Below, piece after piece: positions 8,930 through 16,764 of a stretch of 23,787 bases of DNA. The stretch's first letter is position 1; each line of letters opens with the position of its first letter. The notes beneath the pieces were generated by a model, which searched no databases, was not told where the DNA came from, and saw only the letters and a list, made by a program, of their open reading frames with translations. The position numbers and the translations under genes are program-made. Source of the DNA: Candidatus Iainarchaeum sp. (GTDB taxonomy: Archaea > Iainarchaeota > Iainarchaeia > JAGGVJ01); assembly GCA_021158055.1 (NCBI GenBank), contig JAGGVJ010000009.1, forward strand, positions 1 through 23,787, given 5' to 3'.

Positions 8930-10088
8930 TTTTTTCACCTTCTTTTTTAGCTTCAACTTCATTCAGATTAATTGAAACGGACTGCAAAGGCACTTTAAGG
9001 GACACGACTTTTGTGTTTCCGCGGATGCCCTTTCCTGACCTTGGCGCTTCAATCAGCCCCATGGACTCAAGTCTTGACACGTAGTTTCGGAACGTTCTTT
9101 CTGCAACAGGGGTTTTTGAGGTTTCAAGGTATCTTTTGTATAGCTTTCCGGACGTTGTTTTTTCTCCTTTTGAAAGCAGGGAAAGGATTGTTTTTTCTTC
9201 AGGTGAAAGGTTTTCGATTATTTTGCTCACTTTTTTGCTGGACAAGTCATTTATTGCTTTCCTGACATGTTCAAGAAGCACTTTTTGGGAGTTTTCCCGT
9301 TCTGCAACCCGCCCTGACTTCCAAAGGGTCTCGATTGAAATTCTCGCGTCCCCGCCGTTCTTTGCTCCGTGCGCAGCGCAAAGAGGGATTACGTCGCCCT
9401 CAAGACACCCAGGCATGAAGGCGTATTCGCTTCGCTCGAGAAGTATGTCTTTTAGTTCATTTGGTGTGTATCTTTCAAACTCCACGTCTTCTTCGCGCAG
9501 GCTTGAGTAAACCCGGGCATCCGCACTTTTGCCAAGAGAAAGCACGTTTGAAATGGTTATGAGTCCGACAAAACCGGCACCCCACTCGTGAATGCGAAGC
9601 AGGTCGTAAAGCAGTTTCATGCCGTCGGGTTTTGAAAGGATCTGGTCGACTTCGTCAAGCACAAGAATGGGGATTTTGCCTGATTTTTTGAGCATTTCAA
9701 GAAACTTGTCATACACTTCGTCAGTTGCAATCCCGCGCCTTGAAACAGGGTATCCCATTGAGATGGTTATTTTTGAAAGGATTGAGTGGCGGGTGTTGTA
9801 CTCAAAGCAGTTTATGTAAACCGGAAGCACGCGGTCAGAGTATGAATCAAGTTCCCGGAGCACGTATTTTACGCAGGATGTCTTTCCGGTTCCAGGCCTT
9901 CCGATAACAGAAATATTCTGGGGGCGCCTCCCGTCAATTATCGGACGAAGAGCTGTTGCAACCGTGTTTATTTGCGTGTCTCGGTGAGGAAGAACATCGG
10001 GAAGAAACTCCGGCTGGAGCACTGACTCGTTTTTGAAAAGCGAGTTTGATTCGTCTGCCAGTTTTGAAAAAAGATTCCTTTTTACCAT
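8922..10088 (-). CDS. cdc6: Orc1/Cdc6 replication initiator
   Basis: N-terminal FLPDVLPHRD, Walker A GRPGTGKT, YINC, Walker B VLDEVD, GDAR sensor, C-terminal winged helix (RTFRNYVSRLESMGLI...GIRGNT). Confidence 0.96.
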   Translation of the reverse strand: MVKRNLFSKLADESNSLFKNESVLQPEFLPDVLPHRDTQINTVATALRPIIDGRRPQNISVIGRPGTGKTSCVKYVLRELDSYSDRVLPVYINCFEYNTRHSILSKITISMGYPVSRRGIATDEVYDKFLEMLKKSGKIPILVLDEVDQILSKPDGMKLLYDLLRIHEWGAGFVGLITISNVLSLGKSADARVYSSLREEDVEFERYTPNELKDILLERSEYAFMPGCLEGDVIPLCAAHGAKNGGDARISIETLWKSGRVAERENSQKVLLEHVRKAINDLSSKKVSKIIENLSPEEKTILSLLSKGEKTTSGKLYKRYLETSKTPVAERTFRNYVSRLESMGLIEAPRSGKGIRGNTKVVSLKVPLQSVSINLNEVEAKKEGEKNA

Positions 10089-10314
10089 GCTATCAGATTA
10101 AATGTGTGACAAGGCATTATTAAAATTACTGGCAAAACAACCGTTGCCGTTATTTGCGCAATTGAAACATCGGGTGCAACGGGAAATACGGAATGGAGGT
10201 ACAAGGGCTGGTTGTAAAGGGATTGTTGAAGAGGCACAGCAGGTAATACCGGCAAGTTACTGTCTTTAGATCCTTTAAAAAGAAAAAGTTGAGTTTTGTA
10301 TTTGGTGATTCGAA

Positions 10315-10539
10315 ATGAGTGATAAAAAAGTGGTTGTATTGCCGATGCGAAAAGAAGAACTGTATGAACTTGACAAAGACGAACTTGTGCTTCAAAAAGA
10401 AGCGATAGAACAGGCATTCAGCGATGGCTTTGGAAACAGGATGTTGTTTTGTTCCTTCCTTGACGTCCTTGCTGCAATGGATTACAAGGCAAGGCACGAA
10501 TGCGGGTGCGGCTGTATCACAATAAGCAGCGTTTGCTAA
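10315..10539 (+). CDS. Small acidic protein (74 aa) with Cys-rich C-terminus, divergent from cdc6
   Basis: GGTGA RBS at 10304-10308, CTTTAAAA box at 10273-10280; ends HECGCGCITISSVC. Confidence 0.75.
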   Translation: MSDKKVVVLPMRKEELYELDKDELVLQKEAIEQAFSDGFGNRMLFCSFLDVLAAMDYKARHECGCGCITISSVC

Positions 10540-10656
10540 ACAGGCCTGCTGGATCAGATTTGGTAAATCGGGCCGGGTTGCGAAGCAGAGTGTGCGACGG
10601 GCCACATTTATTTTGATGTGGGGTGATTTACAGGACAAACACAGTGTGTTGGTAAT

Positions 10657-10736
10657 TGCAGAATATGGTAATGTAAGCATATGCAGATGATACTGCAGAA
10701 TATGGTAATGTAAGCATATGCAGATGATACTGCAGA
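10657..10736. repeat. Perfect 37-bp tandem duplication (2 copies plus 6 bp) upstream of endonuclease IV
   Basis: TGCAGAATATGGTAATGTAAGCATATGCAGATGATAC at 10657-10693 and 10694-10730, followed by TGCAGA. Confidence 0.95.
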
Positions 10737-10742
10737 TATAAA
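10737..10742 (+). promoter_or_regulatory. TATA box of a probably leaderless endonuclease IV transcript
   Basis: TATAAA ending 23 nt before ATG 10766; no RBS. Confidence 0.6.
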
Positions 10743-10765
10743 TTACATTACACACAAGAACTATT

Positions 10766-11593
10766 ATGGTTCATTTTGGAACTGCAGGAAAACCAATATC
10801 CTGTAATGGAGGAACCCTTGAAGGGGTTTCATGCGTGCGCTCTCTTGGGCTTGATGCTCTCGAAGTTTCGTTCACTCACGGAGTCAGAATGGGTGAAGAC
10901 CTTGCAAAGAGAATTGCAGAAAGGGCAAAGAAAGAAAATGTTAAGCTAAGCGTGCACGCCCCGTATTATACAAACTTCTTAAGTAAGGAAAAAGAAAAAC
11001 TTGAAGCAAGCAGGAAAAGAATTCTTGACTCTGCAAGGATTGCAGGTTTCCTGAACGCTGAAAAAGTAGTTTTTCACATTGGGTTTTACGGGAGTTACTC
11101 AAAAGAAGAAGCGTTTAAGTTGGTTCAGGAAGAACTTGAAGGTTTAGCGGAACTGGTTCAGGAGTTTGATGTAGGGGTAAAGCTTGCCCCGGAAACCATG
11201 GGAAAGCAGAAAACTTTTGGAACTGTTGAAGAAATCCTTGAGCTTTCAAAAGATGTTTCCGGGGTTGTTCCGACTTTTGATTTTGCCCATGTTCACGCGC
11301 GGGGAAATGGTTGCCTTACTTCACAAGGGAATTTTTCAAGTCTTTTTGACCAGATTGAAAGTGCTCTTGGAAAAAAGCAATTGGACTGTCTGCATTGTCA
11401 CTTGACAGGTGTTGAGCATTCAAATGGAAACGAGAGGCGCCACTTGAACCTTTTGGAAAGTGATCTTGATTGGCGCGGGTTGGTTGATGAAATAATTGAG
11501 AGAAAAATCAACCCGACTATTATTTCTGAAAGCCCTTGCATTGAAGGCGATGCAATAATGGCAAGGGATTATTTCATTCAAAGAAGCAGGTGA
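10766..11593 (+). CDS. nfo: Endonuclease IV (AP endonuclease family 2, TIM barrel), archaeal type
   Basis: FGTAG start and metal-ligand motifs SVHAPYY, VFHIG, PETMGK, DFAHVHAR, HCH, RRH, SESP. Confidence 0.93.
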   Translation: MVHFGTAGKPISCNGGTLEGVSCVRSLGLDALEVSFTHGVRMGEDLAKRIAERAKKENVKLSVHAPYYTNFLSKEKEKLEASRKRILDSARIAGFLNAEKVVFHIGFYGSYSKEEAFKLVQEELEGLAELVQEFDVGVKLAPETMGKQKTFGTVEEILELSKDVSGVVPTFDFAHVHARGNGCLTSQGNFSSLFDQIESALGKKQLDCLHCHLTGVEHSNGNERRHLNLLESDLDWRGLVDEIIERKINPTIISESPCIEGDAIMARDYFIQRSR

Positions 11594-11616
11594 CTTGTTT
11601 TTGAGAAAAAGCAGAG

Positions 11617-11687
11617 ACCCGAGGGAGAGATTCGAACTCCCATACACGGGTTTGCAGCCCGTTACATAGCCATTCTGTCACCTCGGG
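11617..11687 (-). tRNA. tRNA-Cys: tRNA-Cys (GCA), CCA not encoded
   Basis: Minus strand reads CCCGAGG TG ACAG AATGGCT ATGT A ACGGG CTGCAAA CCCGT GTAT GGGAG TTCGAAT CTCTC CCTCGGG T: full cloverleaf with U discriminator. Confidence 0.93.
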
Positions 11688-11744
11688 ACAATGAGTTTGT
11701 GATTGTAATTCCAATAGCTCTTGAATATAATATGTGTCTGGGAT

Positions 11745-12755
11745 TTAAAAAAGATTTGCAATGGATGGTTGTTGTTTTTTTGATTTTTTTACGCCGCCAG
11801 TTTTTTCCTTTTGCAATACTTTTTTAATTAGTTTATTTATGTTGGTATTTTTAACAGATTTAAGTTCTTTTGAGCCAAATAAGCGGAAATAATCTTCTCT
11901 TAAGCCTAAGCACAGGTGATTTAGTTTGCATTCTTTGCACGCGATTGATTTTACGTAATTGTTTTTTGATGAAACGGCATTTTTAAATGATTTTTTTTCT
12001 GTTATTATCCGGTCTTTTTTTTGTGAGATTATGTCCCGAAGATTTTGTGAATATTCTTCAAAACCAGTGATAAAACAAAGAGGCATTCCACATTGAGATA
12101 TAATGAAATTAATTTTGTTTTTTTGACACATTTTAAGGGTTTTTTTTACGCTGTTTTCTACTTGTTGTAAGCGAGGCATTATTTCTATGTTTTTTTCAAC
12201 ATTTTTGTTTAGGCCTACAAAACCAATGTCAAATCTGTTTATTTTTGAAAATTTTTGATTAATCCAAAGTATTGTTTTAGAAAGTTCAGAGTAGTTTAGG
12301 GTGTTGATTACAATGCTAATATTTACAGTTATGTTTGAATTAATCAAATGCTCTATTCCTTCAACTGTCTTGTAAAACCCCCCGTTTAGTTGGGTTATCT
12401 TGTCTGATATTTCTGCTTTATGTGAGTGAAGAGAAACAAGTGCAAAATCAAGACCAGAGCTTTTTAAGTCACATGCAATTTTTTTTGTAATTTCTGTTGC
12501 GTTTGTTTGAAGAATTGTATGACATTTATTTTGTTTGCAAAATGAGATTAATTGAGGTAAATCATTGCGTAGAGTGGGTTCTCCACCGGTAAAAATAATT
12601 GTTTGTGTGGAGTTATCGCTTTTTGATTGTAATTCAATATTAATTTTTTCCAGCACTGCCTTTGTTGAAAGCCAATAATTGGAGTCAAACGAAGAACTGC
12701 AAAAAAGACATTTTTCATTGCAGTGTGTATTCAGTAATATTGTTGAAGAGGACAT
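11745..12755 (-). CDS. Radical SAM protein, HxsC-like, with C-terminal Cys cluster
   Basis: CNEKCLFC (CxxxCxxC), TGGEPT, QTNA, VSLHS, GMPLC, CKECKLNHLCLG; visibly more AT-rich than both neighbours. Confidence 0.92.
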   Translation of the reverse strand: MSSSTILLNTHCNEKCLFCSSSFDSNYWLSTKAVLEKINIELQSKSDNSTQTIIFTGGEPTLRNDLPQLISFCKQNKCHTILQTNATEITKKIACDLKSSGLDFALVSLHSHKAEISDKITQLNGGFYKTVEGIEHLINSNITVNISIVINTLNYSELSKTILWINQKFSKINRFDIGFVGLNKNVEKNIEIMPRLQQVENSVKKTLKMCQKNKINFIISQCGMPLCFITGFEEYSQNLRDIISQKKDRIITEKKSFKNAVSSKNNYVKSIACKECKLNHLCLGLREDYFRLFGSKELKSVKNTNINKLIKKVLQKEKTGGVKKSKKQQPSIANLF

Positions 12756-12931
12756 GTTATTTTCTTACCTTTTTTCCATTGTGCAAATATCTTGAAAGTT
12801 TTGAATAATCTTTTTAGTAAAGTAATAATGGGGTTGGTGTTTATTAATATTTGAGGTGTAGCCAGTTTGTTTTGAGGGATAGCTATAGAAAAGTGAGTGG
12901 TTTGAAAAAAGAAAGAATGATTAAATAACTC

Positions 12932-12975
12932 AAAAAGAAAAAAAAAAACGCGGGTTCATTTATCTGCCCGCGTTT
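12932..12975 (-). terminator. Hairpin plus long U-tract terminator after the DUF4139 gene
   Basis: AAACGCGGG (12946-12954) pairs with CCCGCGTTT (12967-12975), followed on the minus strand by a long T run. Confidence 0.8.
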
Positions 12976-13001
12976 ATGGTTGGTTTGTTTTGATTGGCTG
13001 C

Positions 13002-14552
13002 TCAGTAGTAGTCAATGTATTCCACGGTGTAAGTGATTTTTTTCTCTCCGTCTGCCGGCACGTTTACCTTGAACTCGATTGTGTTTGAGTCAATCTTTTC
13101 GTACGGGTCGGTTTTGGATGTTATGGTCCAGTTTTTCCATCCGTACAGGTGTTCCGGCACAGTCACTTCCACGTTTGTTTCCTTGTGGTTTTTAAGGGTT
13201 ATCTCGAAAGTGAACCTGACTACCGAGCGGCTGATTTCAGTCCTGTCGGTCTGCTTTCGCTCTCCCACTATGTCAAACGCGTTTCCTATGAAAAGCTCGA
13301 TTTCCTCGTCTTTTGGAGTGTGGTCAATCAGGTCTTCTCCCACAAACTGCAGTTGCCCTTGGGAGTCTTCCTTGTACACCCTTACTTTTCCTTTCGGCAA
13401 CGGCATTCCAAGCCCTTGTTCTTCTGAGTTTTTCAGGTTTATTATGGTTCGCACTTTTGTTCCGAACCTTGACCCGTCGTACACGAATTCCTTGTCTGCG
13501 GAAACGTCACTTGAGCTCAAAAGGGAAATTTGTTTTGTCTGGTTGTTTTTTATGTCAGTGTTTCTTCCAAGCGAATACATGTGGTACTCGAACAAGGATT
13601 CTTCTTCAAACTGCTCCGGAGAGTATGCGGCCCCTGCCATTGATTTTTCATACATTACATTGTAGTCAAGGTAGCGCGGCGTGTCATACACGCGGTTTAC
13701 ATCTCCTGCGACAAGCTTGAGCTTTGAGTTCGGGTAAGTGGTTCCGGAAGCGTTTTTCACGGTCACCCACCCTTTCAGGTCAAGCGAATCGTCATTTTCC
13801 GACAGTTTTGCAACGTAGTCCGCGTTCCAGGTCATTCCCGTCGTCAAGTAAGAGGTTTGAGTGGATCGTTCGCCTGCGTTGTCAGTGTAAATTTGCCACA
13901 CAAGAGTTGGTTTTGTCAAAAGCCCGTCTGCAAGGGTTGGGAAAGAAATTTTTTGCACTGATGAAAGCGACACGACTCCTTGAAGCGTTTCAAGAAGGAT
14001 TCCGTCTGAGTAGCTCAAGAGCTTTCCTGTGTATTCCTCTGATCCCCCGTCTGATTTGTTCACGCTTACGGTGATTTCTTTTTCAAGGAATTTTTCAAGA
14101 AGCTTGTTTTTGCTTACTATGTCATATTCGTAGTTTTGTTCAACCACGAAAGTGCTCGGGTATTTTGTGTCAGTGAACATGACGCTTGTGGCGTCGATTC
14201 CTGATGCCACGTCTTTGAATTCCACTTTGTTGAGGCCTTTTGCAAGGTCAATTGTCCGGTTTTCCTTGACAAGTGCAAGGTTGTCGTTGTAGATTGTGAG
14301 TTCAGTCCCTTGTTTTGAAGAAACTTCCGATTCCCCTGCAAAAAGCGTCACTGCTTGAGGGGCTTTTTCCGAAGACACTATTCTTGCGTATTCACCTATG
14401 TTGAAGTGCGGTTCTGAAGATGTGTCTTTTTGGTTTGCCTGAGTGTTTGAGTTTTGTAAAAGCAAATCCACGCCTGTCGGGACAAGCGTTATCAACATGG
14501 CGCTGAATACAATCAGAACGGCTGTTGTTGCAATTAATGTGTTTTTTTCCAT
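13002..14552 (-). CDS. DUF4139 (with DUF4140-like N-terminus) protein with N-terminal membrane anchor or signal
   Basis: LTIYNDNLALVKE, SYLTTGMTWNADY, LKLVAGDVNR, LFEYHMY, GLGMPLPKGKVRVY, FVGEDLIDHTPKDE; GAGGTGG RBS. Confidence 0.92.
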   Translation of the reverse strand: MEKNTLIATTAVLIVFSAMLITLVPTGVDLLLQNSNTQANQKDTSSEPHFNIGEYARIVSSEKAPQAVTLFAGESEVSSKQGTELTIYNDNLALVKENRTIDLAKGLNKVEFKDVASGIDATSVMFTDTKYPSTFVVEQNYEYDIVSKNKLLEKFLEKEITVSVNKSDGGSEEYTGKLLSYSDGILLETLQGVVSLSSVQKISFPTLADGLLTKPTLVWQIYTDNAGERSTQTSYLTTGMTWNADYVAKLSENDDSLDLKGWVTVKNASGTTYPNSKLKLVAGDVNRVYDTPRYLDYNVMYEKSMAGAAYSPEQFEEESLFEYHMYSLGRNTDIKNNQTKQISLLSSSDVSADKEFVYDGSRFGTKVRTIINLKNSEEQGLGMPLPKGKVRVYKEDSQGQLQFVGEDLIDHTPKDEEIELFIGNAFDIVGERKQTDRTEISRSVVRFTFEITLKNHKETNVEVTVPEHLYGWKNWTITSKTDPYEKIDSNTIEFKVNVPADGEKKITYTVEYIDYY

Positions 14553-14738
14553 TTTTCCACCTCGCTGTTTTTGTTAAAATGTGTGTTTGGTTACAGGGTT
14601 GTTACTAACAATAGGAAGTGGTTTTTATTAAATTAACTAAATGGTTGGCTGGCAAACCTAAAGAGTTGGTTTGCATTGGCAATAATTGTTTCTGATGTAA
14701 TCTGTTTTTCAATTGCAGTGTTTTTAGTGTAATAAAAT

Positions 14739-16640
14739 TCATGGTGGCTGGGGTTTTGTGATGGTGTTGTCTGAGTAGTCGGTTTCAATCACGACTCTTC
14801 CCAGATACCCCAAGACATCAGATACGTCTGGATTTGCTTCAACGTTTAAATTGAACCCGGTGCCGAAGTCAATCCAGTAAATTGTATCTGTGGTGGTTTC
14901 CCCGGGCATGTTCCCTCCTCTTGTTCCCGGAACGTCAATTGTCTGGGTTCCGAGCAGCTTGAAGTCAATGGGGGCAGGGGTCGCATTATAGGGCTCTTCG
15001 CTGTTAATTTTAAAAGTGACAAGTATGTTTTTTGCATCGGCAGTGTAGTCTGCATCTACACTTGATACGTTGTTTTCTATTTTTGCTGCCAGTTCACATA
15101 TTTTTAGCAACAGACCCGTGCACGTTACTGAAATGTTGGCGGTTGAAGGAGCTGCAGGGTCAAACAGCCGTAGATTGGGTTTTGATTTTACTGTGATTAT
15201 TGTTTCCTGCCCGTATTCAAATAAGCCCTTGGTTCTGAGGTTGCTTTGCTCAAAGTTTATTTGGTTGTTAACTGCAGGATTTGTACTGAAATCAGGGGAG
15301 TAAACATATGAATAGTGTAAACTGTTTGGATCACTTGTTGAGGGTATGGCTTGAGGGCTTACTCCATCATGCCCGTCTAAGTCAGCGTGTTCTCCACCCA
15401 CTGGTTCTGCAACAGTTGTTTGGCCTTCGTGTCCTGGTACCGGGCCGGTGTTGCCTGCCGTGTCAATTGCGTCAATCCAGACCCATAATTCCTTTTGGCC
15501 AAATGAGTTATCATGTAAGTTTGTTGTGTCCCAGTCAACTGAAATTTGAACGGTGCTGTCTTTGTCTGCCAGATAAGGTATTCTAGTCCTGTCAATCAAA
15601 CATGGTGGTTCAATTCCGGCATCGCATCTTCCGGTATTGTCATTTTTTGGAGGCGCGCTGCAGGGTTGGGTTTTGTCTGGGCATGGGTCACCCAGATAGA
15701 ATTCAACGTAAGTGCTTTCCCGAATGGCATCCACATTTGTTCCTCCTGTAGCCAGATTGCTGTAGTCCATTGAGTTGTTTAGGTTTAGATTGAGTGTTAA
15801 TATATCCTCGCGGGTGATGTATTCAGTGTCAATTGCCGGTTTTCCGTGTTTTGACATTTTTAAGGTTGCAGTGGTCGTGCCTATTCCTGAAGGATAGCAA
15901 AAGTATGTGACAAATCTTTCAGGTGTTTCCGAATTAGTAGGTGTGTTGTTTTCAAAATTGCCGAGTGAACCAGATGTGTAATATTCGGTTCCAGAGCCTA
16001 TATTTGCGTAAGTATAATATTCTCTTGAAGTAGCGTTGTCTACATAAGGATTTGTATAATAAGAAGTTGTGCACTCGTTAGAACAGCCAGGGGTAGATGC
16101 AATGTATGTGGATTTGTCGTGTTTTGAGCCGGTGCTGTGATTAAATTCAATGATTGCTGTGTATTGTCCATAGTACGTGCAATCAAAAAACTCCTGGAAA
16201 ATGCACTCGCGTTCATTATCTGTTCCGGTTGTGTTGCAGCTGGTTGCGTTCACGGTGCTTATTGAGTTTCCGTCTGAGAGATGGGTTATTTCCATTGCTT
16301 TTTGGTTTCCTGTGGCACAGGGCGGCAGGGAACCGTCATAGCAAGGTGGTGGTGGGAGCAGGTAAGCGGGAGCAGTGCAGGGGGATGTGCTGCCATCAGA
16401 ACATATCGAATTGCTATAGGTGACTGGGTCAGGGTAATAATAGTGGACTTTTGCGCTGGTGACTAAGCAGTCGGAACAATAGTAATAACCTGACGAAGTG
16501 CTTTCTTCGTCTTCTGAATCGCAGACATTGTCATTGTAACCGCCACCGCATGATTGTACTTCCGTTAAGTTGATTGTGATTATTAAAATAACAAAAGTTA
16601 TAAGAATTGCTTTAATTGTTTCAAAATGGTTATTTGGCAT
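14739..16640 (-). CDS. Exported Cys/Thr/Pro/Asn-rich surface protein (633 aa)
   Basis: N-terminal hydrophobic signal; CGGG...VC...E...CSDC repeat-like unit; recurring C-x-DG-S-x-x-PC motifs; beta-rich remainder; TTTAATA box about 24 nt upstream. Confidence 0.85.
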   Translation of the reverse strand: MPNNHFETIKAILITFVILIITINLTEVQSCGGGYNDNVCDSEDEESTSSGYYYCSDCLVTSAKVHYYYPDPVTYSNSICSDGSTSPCTAPAYLLPPPPCYDGSLPPCATGNQKAMEITHLSDGNSISTVNATSCNTTGTDNERECIFQEFFDCTYYGQYTAIIEFNHSTGSKHDKSTYIASTPGCSNECTTSYYTNPYVDNATSREYYTYANIGSGTEYYTSGSLGNFENNTPTNSETPERFVTYFCYPSGIGTTTATLKMSKHGKPAIDTEYITREDILTLNLNLNNSMDYSNLATGGTNVDAIRESTYVEFYLGDPCPDKTQPCSAPPKNDNTGRCDAGIEPPCLIDRTRIPYLADKDSTVQISVDWDTTNLHDNSFGQKELWVWIDAIDTAGNTGPVPGHEGQTTVAEPVGGEHADLDGHDGVSPQAIPSTSDPNSLHYSYVYSPDFSTNPAVNNQINFEQSNLRTKGLFEYGQETIITVKSKPNLRLFDPAAPSTANISVTCTGLLLKICELAAKIENNVSSVDADYTADAKNILVTFKINSEEPYNATPAPIDFKLLGTQTIDVPGTRGGNMPGETTTDTIYWIDFGTGFNLNVEANPDVSDVLGYLGRVVIETDYSDNTITKPQPP

Positions 16641-16764
16641 AGTTAAAGAAGAATGACTTTGCCGTATTAAATCTTTTCTTTTTTAGTTATTGTTTTGTTA
16701 GGTGGTTGTTATATTTGACTACGAAGCCAAATTATAAAACTGAGATATGCTCTTTTGAAAGGGT

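Noticed and set aside
8930-8962. Longer 63-aa version of the cdc6-coupled ORF
   Set aside because: The extension is a by-product of the cdc6 frame; the AGGTGA site points to ATG 8929.
10657-10736. 37-bp repeat as a CRISPR array
   Set aside because: The copies are directly adjacent with no spacer, there are only two, and no cas genes are present.
10150-10755. 201-aa minus-strand Cys/His-rich ORF
   Set aside because: Antisense to the 74-aa gene that has a clear RBS and promoter, runs through the tandem repeat, and has implausible composition.
5640-11640. tRNA 3'-end duplications (att sites) of an integrated element
   Set aside because: I found no repeat of either tRNA 3' end and no integrase; both 3' ends face the housekeeping block.
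12756-12779. In-frame upstream ATG GAA AAA AGG TAA before the radical SAM gene as readthrough or pseudogene evidence
   Set aside because: The AGGTAA is better explained as the RBS of ATG 12755, and the protein is complete from that ATG.
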